A stretch of 48,778 nt of DNA, filler included, from Catajapyx aquilonaris (Eukaryota), in assembly GCA_000934665.2 (NCBI GenBank). It is 2 parts of 2 records of this genome, joined end to end, with 100 filler letters (N's around TTAATTAATTAA, not from the genome) between each part and the next. Parts side by side here need not be neighbours in the genome. Positions count along the whole stretch, not along the records: positions 1 to 24,298 come from JYFJ02005539.1; 1 more part is not named here. One strand, written 5' to 3'. Made by a program: the position numbers and the translations under genes. Each line of letters opens with the position of its first letter. The first letter of the stretch is position 1. The notes beneath the pieces were generated by a model. The model saw nothing but the letters and a program-made list of their open reading frames with translations. It was not told where the DNA came from and searched no databases. Positions 1 to 11,683 of this stretch are shown piece after piece.

Positions 1-805
1 TATGAAATGGAAAAACGCGTACCAAAAATCGATCAGAAAAGGAAGCCTCTGGATTCTCACTCTCCAAATTCTTTTGTTATTATATCTCCAAAAAAAACAA
101 CCACTGTGCACCTACTAGTACATGCAAATGAGAACAACAGCATTTTGTATGCCATCAGCACAATTTTCGGGAGTTAGAATTTGTACAAGTATGAACGTTA
201 CCTACGAGAGGAAAAAAAACTATTAGATAAAAACGGATAAAGCAAGGAAATGTGATTTCCTGAGAAGAACTATTTCACAATAGACACGAAAAAAGATTGT
301 TGTCTCATGTGATGTAAAAAGCAGAAGTGCAACAATAATAATTTTGGTTCCCCTTAAAAAGCGAGAGGAAACCAGACTTTGCAAGCGGAAAATTATTTAT
401 TTATTTTTTTTGGCAAGAAAAGTGTCGGGGCCAATTATTGTTGACCTGGAATCCGCAACGCATGACGTCACCAGCAAATGACGCGAAATTCCCAAGATTC
501 AGTAATTAATTATTGTCATTACCCCCTGCCAGGGCACAAAATATACACAGAAATGTTGCACTCCAAAATATTTTGAGTGGTCCTCAGTACAATTTGAGGG
601 TTTTTTTTTCTCCATCACGATCAGAAATTCTGATATAATTGGAGATTTTCCTTTAATTTGTGACCAGTTGTATTAATTAAGAGAAAATCTCCAATTTTGT
701 GTAAACTAGCAATTGGAATAGTTTATTAATTTGAATGGACACTGCCTACGTTTATGTGACGGATTGAAGCAGCTTTTGGATAATAACTCAATAGGTTACG
801 CTATA

Positions 806-1162
806 CTCTCTAAAAATTTCGTGTGAAAATTTCACTCAAAAAGGAGAAATTTCGCAAAATGATATTTCACTTCGGAAAGATTTACTTTAACTCGAATCGA
901 GTGCAAAATTACTCAAAAGAATAGTGAAAATAAGTGGGAGAATAATTATTCTGCCACTTATTTTCACTATTCATTTGAGCAATTTTCCCACTTAGAATTA
1001 ATAATAATTTCACTCAAATCGAGGAAAATAGCTATCATTTTCCTCAATTTGAGTGAAATTATTACTCATTCTGAGTGAAGATTTGTCACTCAAGTGATTG
1101 AGTAGGCGAAAGAGTAAAAACCACTCAAATCGAGTGGAAAAACACTCGAAATTTTTAGAGTG
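806..1162. mobile_element. Fold-back non-autonomous DNA transposon (CACT-type termini, EnSpm/CMC-like MITE)
   Basis: TIRs ta|CTCTCTAAAAATTTCG ... CGAAATTTTTAGAGTG|ta; repeated TTCACTC/GAGTGAA subrepeats; near-perfect internal palindrome 919-972. Confidence 0.7.
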
Positions 1163-1648
1163 TAGGCTAGGATTTTTTTATTCTTCCCCAATTCAATTTT
1201 TAATCTCAAAATATTTTAGAGTGTTTATACCTTACAGGAATGAAAGTAGTGAAGATCAGTGACAGTGTTTAAAAAATGACATCCACAACATAAAGGACAG
1301 CCAAATTAAAAACTGTCTGCTGTGTATCCGCAGTGTGGGCTTATTTTCAACAATTGAAACTTTGCTGGGTGGGGGGGGGGGGGGACCTGTGCANCCAAAA
1401 AAAATCTGCCAAACAAACAGGCACTCCGGTAGCTCACTTAAGGTGTCGCAATTAATTGTCATCCCGATTTCCTCTCGACCAGTGAGTATTGACAACAACA
1501 AAAAAGGTGAAACCCTTTTTCTTTTGTTATGTGACTTTCTGACTTGTTTTTGTATAGGTCAGCTTAGTACTTGACGATCTGGTTCCTCCTCTTCCATCGC
1601 CATGTATACGTCGAAGTGGTTGACAGTGGCCCACACTGCCAGTCTCTT

Positions 1649-1807
1649 TCAGGTCGGTTGCTTTGTTGCCAAGTTGATTCCGCACTGATTCGCACTGGCT
1701 CCGGATGCAGCCGAATGAGAGTTGGTCCTCGTCGAACGGAACACTGTGTTCTGAAGAGTCCGTTTCCACTTGTCCTGCGTGTCTCTCAGCTTCAGAAGCC
1801 ACGATTG
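1649..1807 (-). CDS. PLEKHG7: RhoGEF terminal coding exon (QSWLLKLRDTQDKWKRTLQ...KQPT*), PH C-terminal helix
   Basis: Acceptor tccaaaccag|CAA, phase 0; conserved PH-terminal Trp (SWLLKL); TGA at 1651-1649. Confidence 0.88.
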   Translation of the reverse strand, partial: QSWLLKLRDTQDKWKRTLQNTVFRSTRTNSHSAASGASANQCGINLATKQPT

Positions 1808-4800
1808 CTGGTTTGGATAATAGGACAAAAAAAAGGTCACACTTTTAAAAAATAAAATCCAGGACAGAATGTTGTCAACTTACCTTGAGCTGGTCTGATG
1901 TGGCCTGGAAGGTGTGTACAGCCACTATCTGCTGGAACCTATTGAGACTGACCAGAACGAAGGCAAACTCCAGCTTGGCCGTCATGGCTTCTGCTGGACC
2001 CACGTCGTGCAGGAAGAACCGGTCAAGCGACAGAGGCTGCTTGTATACCACGTACCTCATCGACTCTGGCGGTCCTCCTCTGCCGCAAGCGCTGGGCCAC
2101 GTCTCAGACAACGACGATTTCTGGAACGACATCTGATCGACACGACATAAAGTACAGATCGTTGGAACCTCAATTTGCGTAAGTCAGGATCTACGTAAGT
2201 CGAGGCCACCCAAGTCGAGGATACGTAAGTCGAGGATACGTAAGTCCAGATATACGTAAGTCGAGGCTACGTAAGTCGAGGCCACGCATGTCGAGGATAC
2301 GTAAGTCCAGATTTACGTAAGTCGAGGCTACGTAAGTCGAGGCCCCGCAAGTCGAGGACACGTAGGTCCAGATATGCGTAAGTCGATGCTACGTAAGTTG
2401 GGTACTGCATGTATTTTGCTGCATTTTAAGGAAGACTGCGGAACCAGCCGGTATATACCTTTTTATGCAGTCCCTTCTTCCGCCTGGTGATGAGCAGCAT
2501 GTCGTCGAACAGGATGACGTACATCTCCCCTGCCTTTCCAGAATCCCACAGGAGCAGTGGTCCCTCCAGGATGATCTGCCTCCTGGGACTGACTATCAGC
2601 CTCTCGCAGGGTTGCTTGGATAGAGCGGACTTGAGGAACTCCGGAACCCAAGTCTTCGGGTCCAGCTCCAGCACTGAAGGCCACACCAGGTTGCGCTGGA
2701 TCTCCAGCAATCTCTCAAAGTTCTTCAACCACTTCATTTTGTCGTCCAATTCCCCTGGTAATAAGATATGTCATTAGAGTTATCATCAGGGAAGATCTTC
2801 GTCGCGTAGTAAAGATCAGCCGTTTTTTTTTTGCCACTGATTCAGATGGCGATTCATTGTCATACAGAAAGTGCCTACCAGTCTTTTAATTACAGGTTAT
2901 CTGCCTAATCCTGCTCGAGGAAGACAACAATGCACTCAGTGCTGGTAATAAAGCGAGACTGGAAGCGACGTGGAAGGGGGGAAAGGAACAGAGGAGAAAG
3001 ATAATAGCAATTGCAGGAATGGAATTCAATGGCAGGAAATGTTGCGGAAAGACGATAGGAAGGGAAGGGGGGGGGGTGCTTTTCCGTTATTCAAGACCAT
3101 GAGTTGCGACTCACTGAGCGAATTTTCTTCCATCTCCAGGATCTGCGAGATGAGCTGCTTTTCCAGCGGGTCTTCGGTGCGCATCTCGATGTCCTTCAGG
3201 AGCAAGGGGACCTTCATGATGTGCTGAACCGGAGCCACCAGGAGATCAGTCAGTTGCAGCTTCTTGCAGCGGGGGTCACGGTTACACCACTGTCAATATT
3301 GAAAACATACATAAATATAGTTGAAGAAGAAGAAGAAGAAAAAACAGGCTCTAACAATGAAATAAATGAGGTAGAAATTCTGCTGATTCCATAGCAATCC
3401 TATAGATCCAGCTACTAGACAAATATAAGTTTACTGTAGAGCTTAGATCAATAAGACGGGAAAGTTGGACCAACAAAAAATCAAGACGATAATCTAATAA
3501 TAATGGTACCATATTGGCAGCAGGCTCTAACTTTTTTGCCCGCAATCAAACCCAAATTAAGTGCAGCAAAAATTAACGGACATTGTCTCTTGCATGAAGT
3601 ATCTCAGGCCAGTAAATTTGTTGACTTGAAACCGGTCTCGTTAAGATGAGCTGTCAGAACCAAAACTCGACTTTGCATGCATATATACAGTATTTACCTT
3701 CTCAAATTCGCAGAACTCCACCTGTCGTCTCAAAGTTTCAAGGTAATTAAGGGCGTTGATGTAATTGAGAGCGTAGCGATGGTACGCCTGGGACAGTGAA
3801 TGTGCTTTGGAACTCTGCGAAAAAAATACAGAAAATTATCTCATTACTTTTTCACCTAAATACATTAGGTTTTTCAGGGTTTGTCAGATAAAAATTATTT
3901 CGGTGCGCTAAAAATTCAAAAAGGCGAACTCTATCTACCACTTTAAATTGGCGGATAAAACCGCTCAATTTTTTTTTCCCACACTCATTTAAGTGGAAGT
4001 TTGCACGTCGGGACATTTTCCCACGCCAAAAAGAGAGTAAAACCGAGCCGATACTATTTCTAGTCGGTCAAGTGTTGCGATATTCATAGACTATTTGGGG
4101 ATAAATCAATAGTTTCCAGCTGGCCCCCCCTAGACAAGTGCTCACCTTCTGAAATAGTTTCATCAGGACCTCAATTATGGGCAGATCTCCTCCGGGCCCC
4201 ACAAACTGCAGCATGAGGTTCATGAATTCCTTGCAGAAAGCGTACGTCACCTTGAATATTAATATTAATAATAAAAAAATTTGTTATCAGGTGTTTGCTG
4301 GCTTGGTAACAATCAAAGAAGGAAATGGAGTATTGACATCACTTTTTTTCTGTCTTTTAAATTTAGGTGGAGCAAGGGTCTCCAATCCTTTTGAAACATT
4401 CATAGAATTTGGTCGTTATCGCTAGTCATAAATTCAATAGGTACTCACGCAGCAGAGTTCGTCCAGGTTGCCAAACAGAAGTTCCGGTTCGGCAAACATG
4501 GCGAAACCTTCCACCTGGATTTTCTTCAAAGGTTCCATGTACACCTGAAAATTAAAATGAATCGACACATTAGTATCTGAGAAACCAAAAAAAAAAAAAA
4601 AACTTTGGACCACTTTTCAGTATGCAAGGCTCTTCTCCCATCAAAAAAATTTGGACGATCAATCCTTTCTCAATTAGGCCAGCCTTCAAGCTTCATTAGG
4701 CCTGGAGGAAGATTCGGTTTTAAGTCTCGCGAAAAAAATTATATCAGGTTTGTAACGAAACGTGCCAAAAAATTCCGCTAAAACATTGCCAAAAGTATAG

Positions 4801-7800
4801 TTGCGGAAATGAGTAAGTTAGTAGGGGCCGAATTCAGAGAGGTTGCTTAACGGAAACGCGCCCGATTAAATCCTTTAGTCATCCTCGATTAGCAAATTTA
4901 ACCAACCTGCTAATACAAAGACGGCGATTAGCGCTAAACGCCCCCTAATCGCACTTGTTAGCACTTTTAAATTTGCTAATCGAGGATGACTAAAGGATTT
5001 AATCGGGCGCGTTTACGTTAAGCAACCTCTCTGAATTCGGCCCTAGATCTGAGTCTCCAATTAGCCTCCACGAGAGAGGAATATATATACAGGGTGGTCC
5101 AACTTTTTTGTCCGAACAGCTATTGACAAATTCGGCCTAAGCTGCTTATGTTGTAGTGCGCTACCTGGCAACCCTGTCCAGCGGGCCAATTCAAACATCA
5201 GCCCATGGAGACTGCTTCCATTGTTGCCACTGTTTACAAATTGAGTGAGTGACGCGGATGACCCAGCGACGGATCTCTTCTGCCTGCGCACTCACTCATT
5301 CGATTTGTAAACAGTGGCAACAATGGAAGCGCTCTCCATGTGCTGATGTTTGAATTGGCCCGCCGGACAGGGTTGCCAGGTAACGCACTACAACATAAGC
5401 AGCTTAGGCCGAATTTGTCAATAGCTGCGTGATAGCTGTTCGGACAAAAAAGTTGGACCACCCTGTATTTTTACTAGATCAACCAAGGGCGCACCCACAC
5501 TCGCGCAAGTCCATTGGTCCGACAACAACGTTGCATCATGGGTCACATTCGCACCGGTAGCCTCTAAAGGTTCTTTCCAAAGCCTTGGCAACGTCGCAAA
5601 AGTTCGGCCATATTGTTACCCCTTCAAGCGTAGTGTTGGAAACAATTTGCGCGAACTGTGTTGTGCTGTACATTTCGTGAACGTTTTCTGGTAAAACTTA
5701 CATTTTTGAGCACCATGAGATGATCGTAAAGGAAAGTGCACTCGCTCTGGAAAAGGTCCCAGACGGCCTCTTTCCTCTTGTGTTCCTTCCTGGAGATGGA
5801 CACAACCGACCCCCTGGACTCGGGGTTGGCCAGGTTGTCCCTGGATCCGTAGAGGTTCTTCTCACTGCAGGTGGGTATCAAGGGACTGGGCTTGGCCACC
5901 GAGTGTTGTCTATCGGCGAATATTGTCCGGTTGTTTCCCTGGACGTCCCTGGACAGCGCCCCAGCCCCGGCCCTCCACATGGCCTGAGATATCCGGCCCT
6001 CCAGATACTTCTCACTCATCGTCCGCATCAAGCCCATCCTCCTCCGACGCTCCACCGTCGGCACATTCGACGCCGTCCGTCGCACCGTCACCTTCCCCGG
6101 CTCCAGCTCTTCAACCCGTCGTAAATGGAGGGTCGCTGGGGATATCGGGACAGTCTGAGGCGACAATTGCGGGACAGGAACAGGCAACGGAGGTTGCTGC
6201 AGGGGCTGCTGAGGAGACGGCGAGACAACAGGCGGCAGGGGTTGTTGGCTCTCCTGCTGGGGCGTCCCCAGGACTGAGGGCCCTCCTGGAGCCCCCGTCG
6301 TCGGCGTCGGGGTCGTCGGACTGGCCGGGTCGGGGCTGGACGACCCGCTGTGGGTCTTGCCGAACTTCTCTGCGTCCACGTGGGTCACGAAGTCTCCCCA
6401 GCACATTCCCTTGAAGCGGGACAGCTGCTCGTCGCAGAAGTCGGACGGCTGCATGCAGTTCAGGACTTCTTCTAGGCCGCCCAGGCTGTCCGACTTGCCG
6501 CGGTTTGAACGGTCGAACTGGAACGAGAAAGCGACCATTTAATTTCCAACAAGTTTCCATGGAAAAACAAACCCGGACAAACAAACAAATAGGAAGGAAA
6601 GTTTGTTTGCTTGTTTGTCCAGTCTTGGCATGGAAACCGAACATTATGGACATACAAACATTGCCTTTTATATACCAATAGCGATTCACCCTGCTGGATT
6701 GAATCACTATAACAATATTCCTCCTTCCAACGATATCCAATTAACCGACAGCGAGTCGTACGCTACGTCACGATCAATTCGCGATGCAATTTTGCACGGC
6801 TAATTTCGCAACCTGACAAGTAATCTTCTCTCTTACTGTACAAGGGCCTGAGCTGCGTTTAAACCTGCCCCAGTCAATTTTCTCTCTCGAAAATTTCAAG
6901 CCTTGTCTTGTATAACATGGGTTTTTTTCCTTTCTCTCTCTTTCTCTTCAGCTGGTACATGCATGACTCTTCCCTTATCTTCAAGTCGTCTGTTGAGTTA
7001 GAGAGAGAGAGAGAAAATACTTGTATAATCTCGTGCACGTCACTCGCGAAAAGGGGGAAATGGAGAAGACGGATATTCCGAGCAGACAGCTCTCGTTGAG
7101 AAACCTGTCAAGTGTCATTCCGTATGCGAAGTCCGTGATTTCTAGTTCCTTGGAATATGTAGGCTTTACTTTGTGAGCAAAGTATGACACGAATAATGCC
7201 AAGGGCTATGGTTATATACGTGAAGAGAAATGCAAGAAAATAACGTGTATATACTTACAAGCCTCAGGAGTGACCAGGTAGCTCTGCCCTTTCTTGAGTT
7301 CACATTATCTGAAACAAGTTACACATTAATTACAGTGGCTTACATACTTTTAAAGAAATGGAGAAAACCTTACACGATATCTTTCGCCAAATGTCGAATC
7401 ACCTGAATTTTTTAATTATTTTTCCTGACATGTATTCAAAAGGAAACATAACTAAAATAACCCAAGTAAAATATTTAACTGTTTTTGCATAACAAATTTT
7501 ATGTAAAAAAAAGTCACAGTTAATTCAAGCGAAAGTACAAATAATTGTAATGGTCCATTCAGAGAGCCATCATTTGTACGAGCAACCTTTAAGAGTTCGT
7601 TTAAGCACACAACAATAAAAACAAACTTCTAAAGCTTGCTTCGAAAAACAAGTGGCCCTGGGAACATATATCAGGCGCAAATTGAATATTATTTTATTAT
7701 ATTAATCAAATTAATCTTCATATGGGGCAAATTAAACAGAGTCTTGGGTGGGTCATGGCTTATTATTTAATAGACTATTATTTGTTATTTCATATAATTT

Positions 7801-10800
7801 ATTATTATTTGTTTATGTCCACTTTGGCTGTTCCTCTTTATCTTTACCATGGCGTATCAGCCTTTCCGTTTAAAAGCTGGAAAACCCTTTTCTAACCCTT
7901 CCAGTCATAAATAAAAAAATCCTGGCTTTGTCGGTCAGCAACAATAAGTGTCCAAAACGTGGCCGGAAGATTGACAACGCCCCAGGATCACTGTATTGCC
8001 TCACACGTCTTAAGCTTGTCGCCTCTCCAAAGGATGCCGGGACATACACACACACGCACAAAAATGTAAGCCTCCACGACTGAGGATGGACTATCAATTT
8101 TCCTCGAGGAGAGAAAGAGGAGCCGAAAAGATCTGCGAGATGAACTCTTTTTTGTCGTTCCTTTAAGATCTGGAGTTTCATTCCCTTTTTGCGCCAGCAA
8201 AATTTATGGTTTTGTCGCTCCAGGCATTCTCTTTTCTATCCTCCACTCCTTACATCATAATACAGTAACGATCTTCATTGTCGCACAAAAGATCCTTTGT
8301 TGCCAACCCGCTTTTTCAGCCTGGAGCAATCCTAATAAATGTCCGCAAAAACCACCATTCTGATAATATACACTGTTCTCATTCAAATTACTAAGCTAAT
8401 ATTGGTAACACCACTCCTAAAAGTCACAGTAATTTTTGTGCAAAAAAAACTGTTTGATCCCATGGGTTTACTCTCGATTACACAAAATGCGGTGACCTCA
8501 CAATTTAGTAGTTGGAAATACTGTGTTTCCTCAAAGGGGTCAAAAGTGTAGATCAAAAGAGTATATAGGAATTAATTCCTACCTCCATCAGTCACAGCCA
8601 AGCTTGTGGTTGAGCCGTCCAGATCTGTAAAAGAGAGGTAATAGAAATGGATTAAATCCGGCCTTAAAGAGACGCCTCGGTTTTTGCACAAAAAATGATC
8701 AAAGGTTGCAAAAAGGACTGCAAAACCTAGTTTATCTGATTGAGGGGCGTGCTACGTAGTTAGAACCTTTTTTTTTTTGAAAAAGCCCGAGCCGAAATAC
8801 CTTCAACAGTTACTTTGGTTCCGTGAAGAAAAAGCTCATTAAGTGCCTGCGTTAGATTGCGGAGAGAAAATTTACTGCTTGGAACGTGCTGAAAGGGCTT
8901 CCACCCTTTATATATATATTTTTTTACCTTCTAAAGTTTTTGGCGGCGGCTGAGTCAGTGCTTTTGCGATAAATGCTCAATAAAAATTAAGATAAACGGT
9001 TAGGCCACGTGGGTAATGCTAACTTTTTTTTTTTTGAGCACGTAATTTAGACAAAAAAAACAGGGTTCATTGCTTCCAAAGAGATATCGATTCCTTGGAG
9101 GTTATGCCGAGCGTGTAACTGAAGAGTAATGGTCATGTTACAGAGTTGTTTCCCCCAAAAATTAATGAATTGGGTGTTTCTGAAAAAAAATGGCGATCAT
9201 TCGAAGTCCACAAAAATAGTCATTTTCATATATTATTAACAGAGAAGATTTGTCAGGAGACAAAATTAAATTGTTCCAAAACATAAATTACTTACGAATA
9301 AGAGTAAATTCATTCATCCTGACCATTTAAAAATGGCAATAATTTCGTTGAAGTTTTAAAATGAAACATTAATTAAACCACTTTTTTTGCAATACGAACT
9401 CTCCACATATTACTTACCCAGGAGATTGTTCCGTTGCGTCAGCACTTTGGAGTAGACAAGTAGATCTCCAGGACAGATCTGCATTGGTGGGATCACCACG
9501 ATAGAACTTCTACGTGCACGAGGACTGGCGAACTCAGACGACCTAAAAATATCCAACATGCAATGGCTATATTAGTAGGTTAACAACTTCCTATACAACC
9601 GAGTCCTTCAATATTCAACCTCTACGAGCATCAACTGAGACTAAAAATGTATCGAATTTTTTTCACAGAATATTAAAAAAAGCGACATAATAACACTGAT
9701 TAATTTTGCTGTTATTTTATAGTATTAGTTGAAAGTACCTGCTGCACTGGAAAGCAGCTAATGACCTGAATATTGGAATTTTTCCACAAAAAAAATTGAT
9801 CCCGTAAAATTGCGATTCTGGTGATGAAGTTTGGACCAGATGAATAGTGTTAGCGCTCTCGTTTTTTCCCCCCGATCCCCGTCCTCAAAAAAAATTCCAA
9901 TGATGTAAGATAGATCAGCATCCCAAAGACCTTTCCCATCCCATCATAATGTACCTCCCGATTCTCCAGAGAGAAGATGAGGGTAGTTTGGTATCGTCAC
10001 CTCTCCGGAAAATTGGAACCATATTGCTATATCGAACCATTTTTTTTGCAGGCTCTTCTGCTATTGCCTATTGAGTGTCTATAACCATACAGATTACCAA
10101 GAGATCCGGAGAAGAAAACTGTGCTAAAAAGAATAGACTCTATGGAGGATTTTTGGGATGGAGCCAGCACAAAATTTTGAGAGCCAAATCGCCTCAAAAA
10201 ACTACGTCCACTGAATTTGCAAGTGGGAACAAAAACTTTGAGAGCCACTTTATTCCCAATTTATCTTTCCAGAGGAGTTTCCTCCCCCTGTAAGGTGAGA
10301 TTAGGTTTTGCTTGGGCTTAGGTGAAGAGAAGCAGGCTTAAAGTTGCCCCCTCTCCGCAAACGACTTCAAGTTCGCTGAATTTTCAGATAAAAAAGACAT
10401 CCTGCCCCCGTTTTACTTTGAAGCATGCTTATCTCTTAGCCCGTGGAAGTGACAAAGTCCGTGTGGAATGAGACAAACTTCCAGATACCGTCAACTGTGT
10501 TGGATATTAAGAGAAATATTGTCTCAGCCAACAAGAGGACTTTGTGGTTGTAAGATATGTATGGAAGAGACGACTGTGTGCAAGGATAACAATGATGCGA
10601 CGGGAGGATTAACAATTCATGACGACTGAGGTCCTTGCAAGGTCAGGATTACACAAAGTGCTCAAGTACACTTTATGACATACCGGGTCCTCCCTCACCA
10701 CCTTAATTAGTCCATTCCTGCGTCCTTCTTCCAACCCTACCTACCCCAACTTGACCCCTGGAGCGAGGGACACCATAAAAATAGGAGGGTGGACTTGGGA

Positions 10801-11629
10801 TCTCTTTCAATCGTCATTTCCCCTGTCTTCCTTCCCTCTCCTTCTGACTGCATCATAATGTACCACATTTAAAATTTTAAAATTATTGATGTAATGTACA
10901 AACCCGGCCGGTTTGTCCTTGTCCTTTTCTTCTGAATCGTCGTCGTCGAGACCGTCGGCGTCGGAGAGCAGCTTTGGTGGCACCAGAGCTCTTCTCCTGG
11001 TCAGAGCCGATGCTGGAGGTGCTGCTTCTTCCTGCTCAGGTTCCGCTTCGGGCTCTGAGTCGTGGGCCACTGGTGATGGTGACCCAGCTTGACCCCCAGA
11101 GCCCTTGCAGAGACCCTCGGCCGACAGCCGTTTGAACACTTCCTCCGAGCTGCTTCCCTGAGAACAAAATCATATTGGGCGAGTCAACCAAAGATGGCCG
11201 ACAAAATGATGGACGATATCGAAAATTGTCGCCTATTAAAATCGTAGTGGGCATGTCGCATATTGTTGCCGCGACGTTTCCTATTGGCTCGCGTTCTACC
11301 GTAGAACGGCGCTGCCTCCATCCACCGCGCATGCGTAGAACTTCACGCGCGGTGGGTGGAGGCAGCGCCTCTGGTGGATGGAATAAAGATACCCTTCCAC
11401 CTCGAAGATGTTTCATCCTGGCATGATGCAACCCAACGAACAGGCTTTGCAATGGCGGATATTCTCTCTTGGAATCTCTCTTAAGCAGCATGCTTATCGA
11501 TAATCCCCTGCTGACTCTCCCCCCCTCCTTATATTCTTTTTTAGCAGATCCAATAAAGTATAATGGGCCACGCTTCTGGATCTGCTCGTCTGTTTTTTGG
11601 GTTATTCCTCGTCCTTGACACGAATGGTC

Positions 11630-11683
<54 letters not shown>

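Noticed and set aside
1177..1182. AATAAA poly(A) signal for the RhoGEF
   Set aside because: Several equivalent hexamers (1177, 722, 396) in AT-rich sequence; cannot choose without transcript data
1368..1400. Poly-G tract as G-quadruplex (also poly-C at 14712-14737)
   Set aside because: Homopolymers with adjacent N calls; length is unreliable and such tracts are frequent in this assembly
2179..2407. CRISPR-like array
   Set aside because: Units are contiguous with no unique spacers, there are no cas genes, and it lies in a eukaryotic intron; it is a minisatellite
5061..5461. Two similar minus-strand ORFs (76 and 75 aa)
   Set aside because: Products of the palindromic MITE; no transposase motifs
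5720..6740. Overlapping alternative-frame and antisense ORFs (134, 163, 209 aa)
   Set aside because: Shadows of the GC-rich 816-nt RhoGEF exon
7870..8200. Protein-like minus-strand ORFs between the 8583 and 7308 exons
   Set aside because: No convincing acceptor/donor pair in a compatible phase; not needed for the gene model, though an alternative first exon cannot be excluded
11362..11377. CTCF-like site (CCACCAGAGGCGC on the minus strand)
   Set aside because: One base short of the consensus spacing and overlaps a hairpin arm
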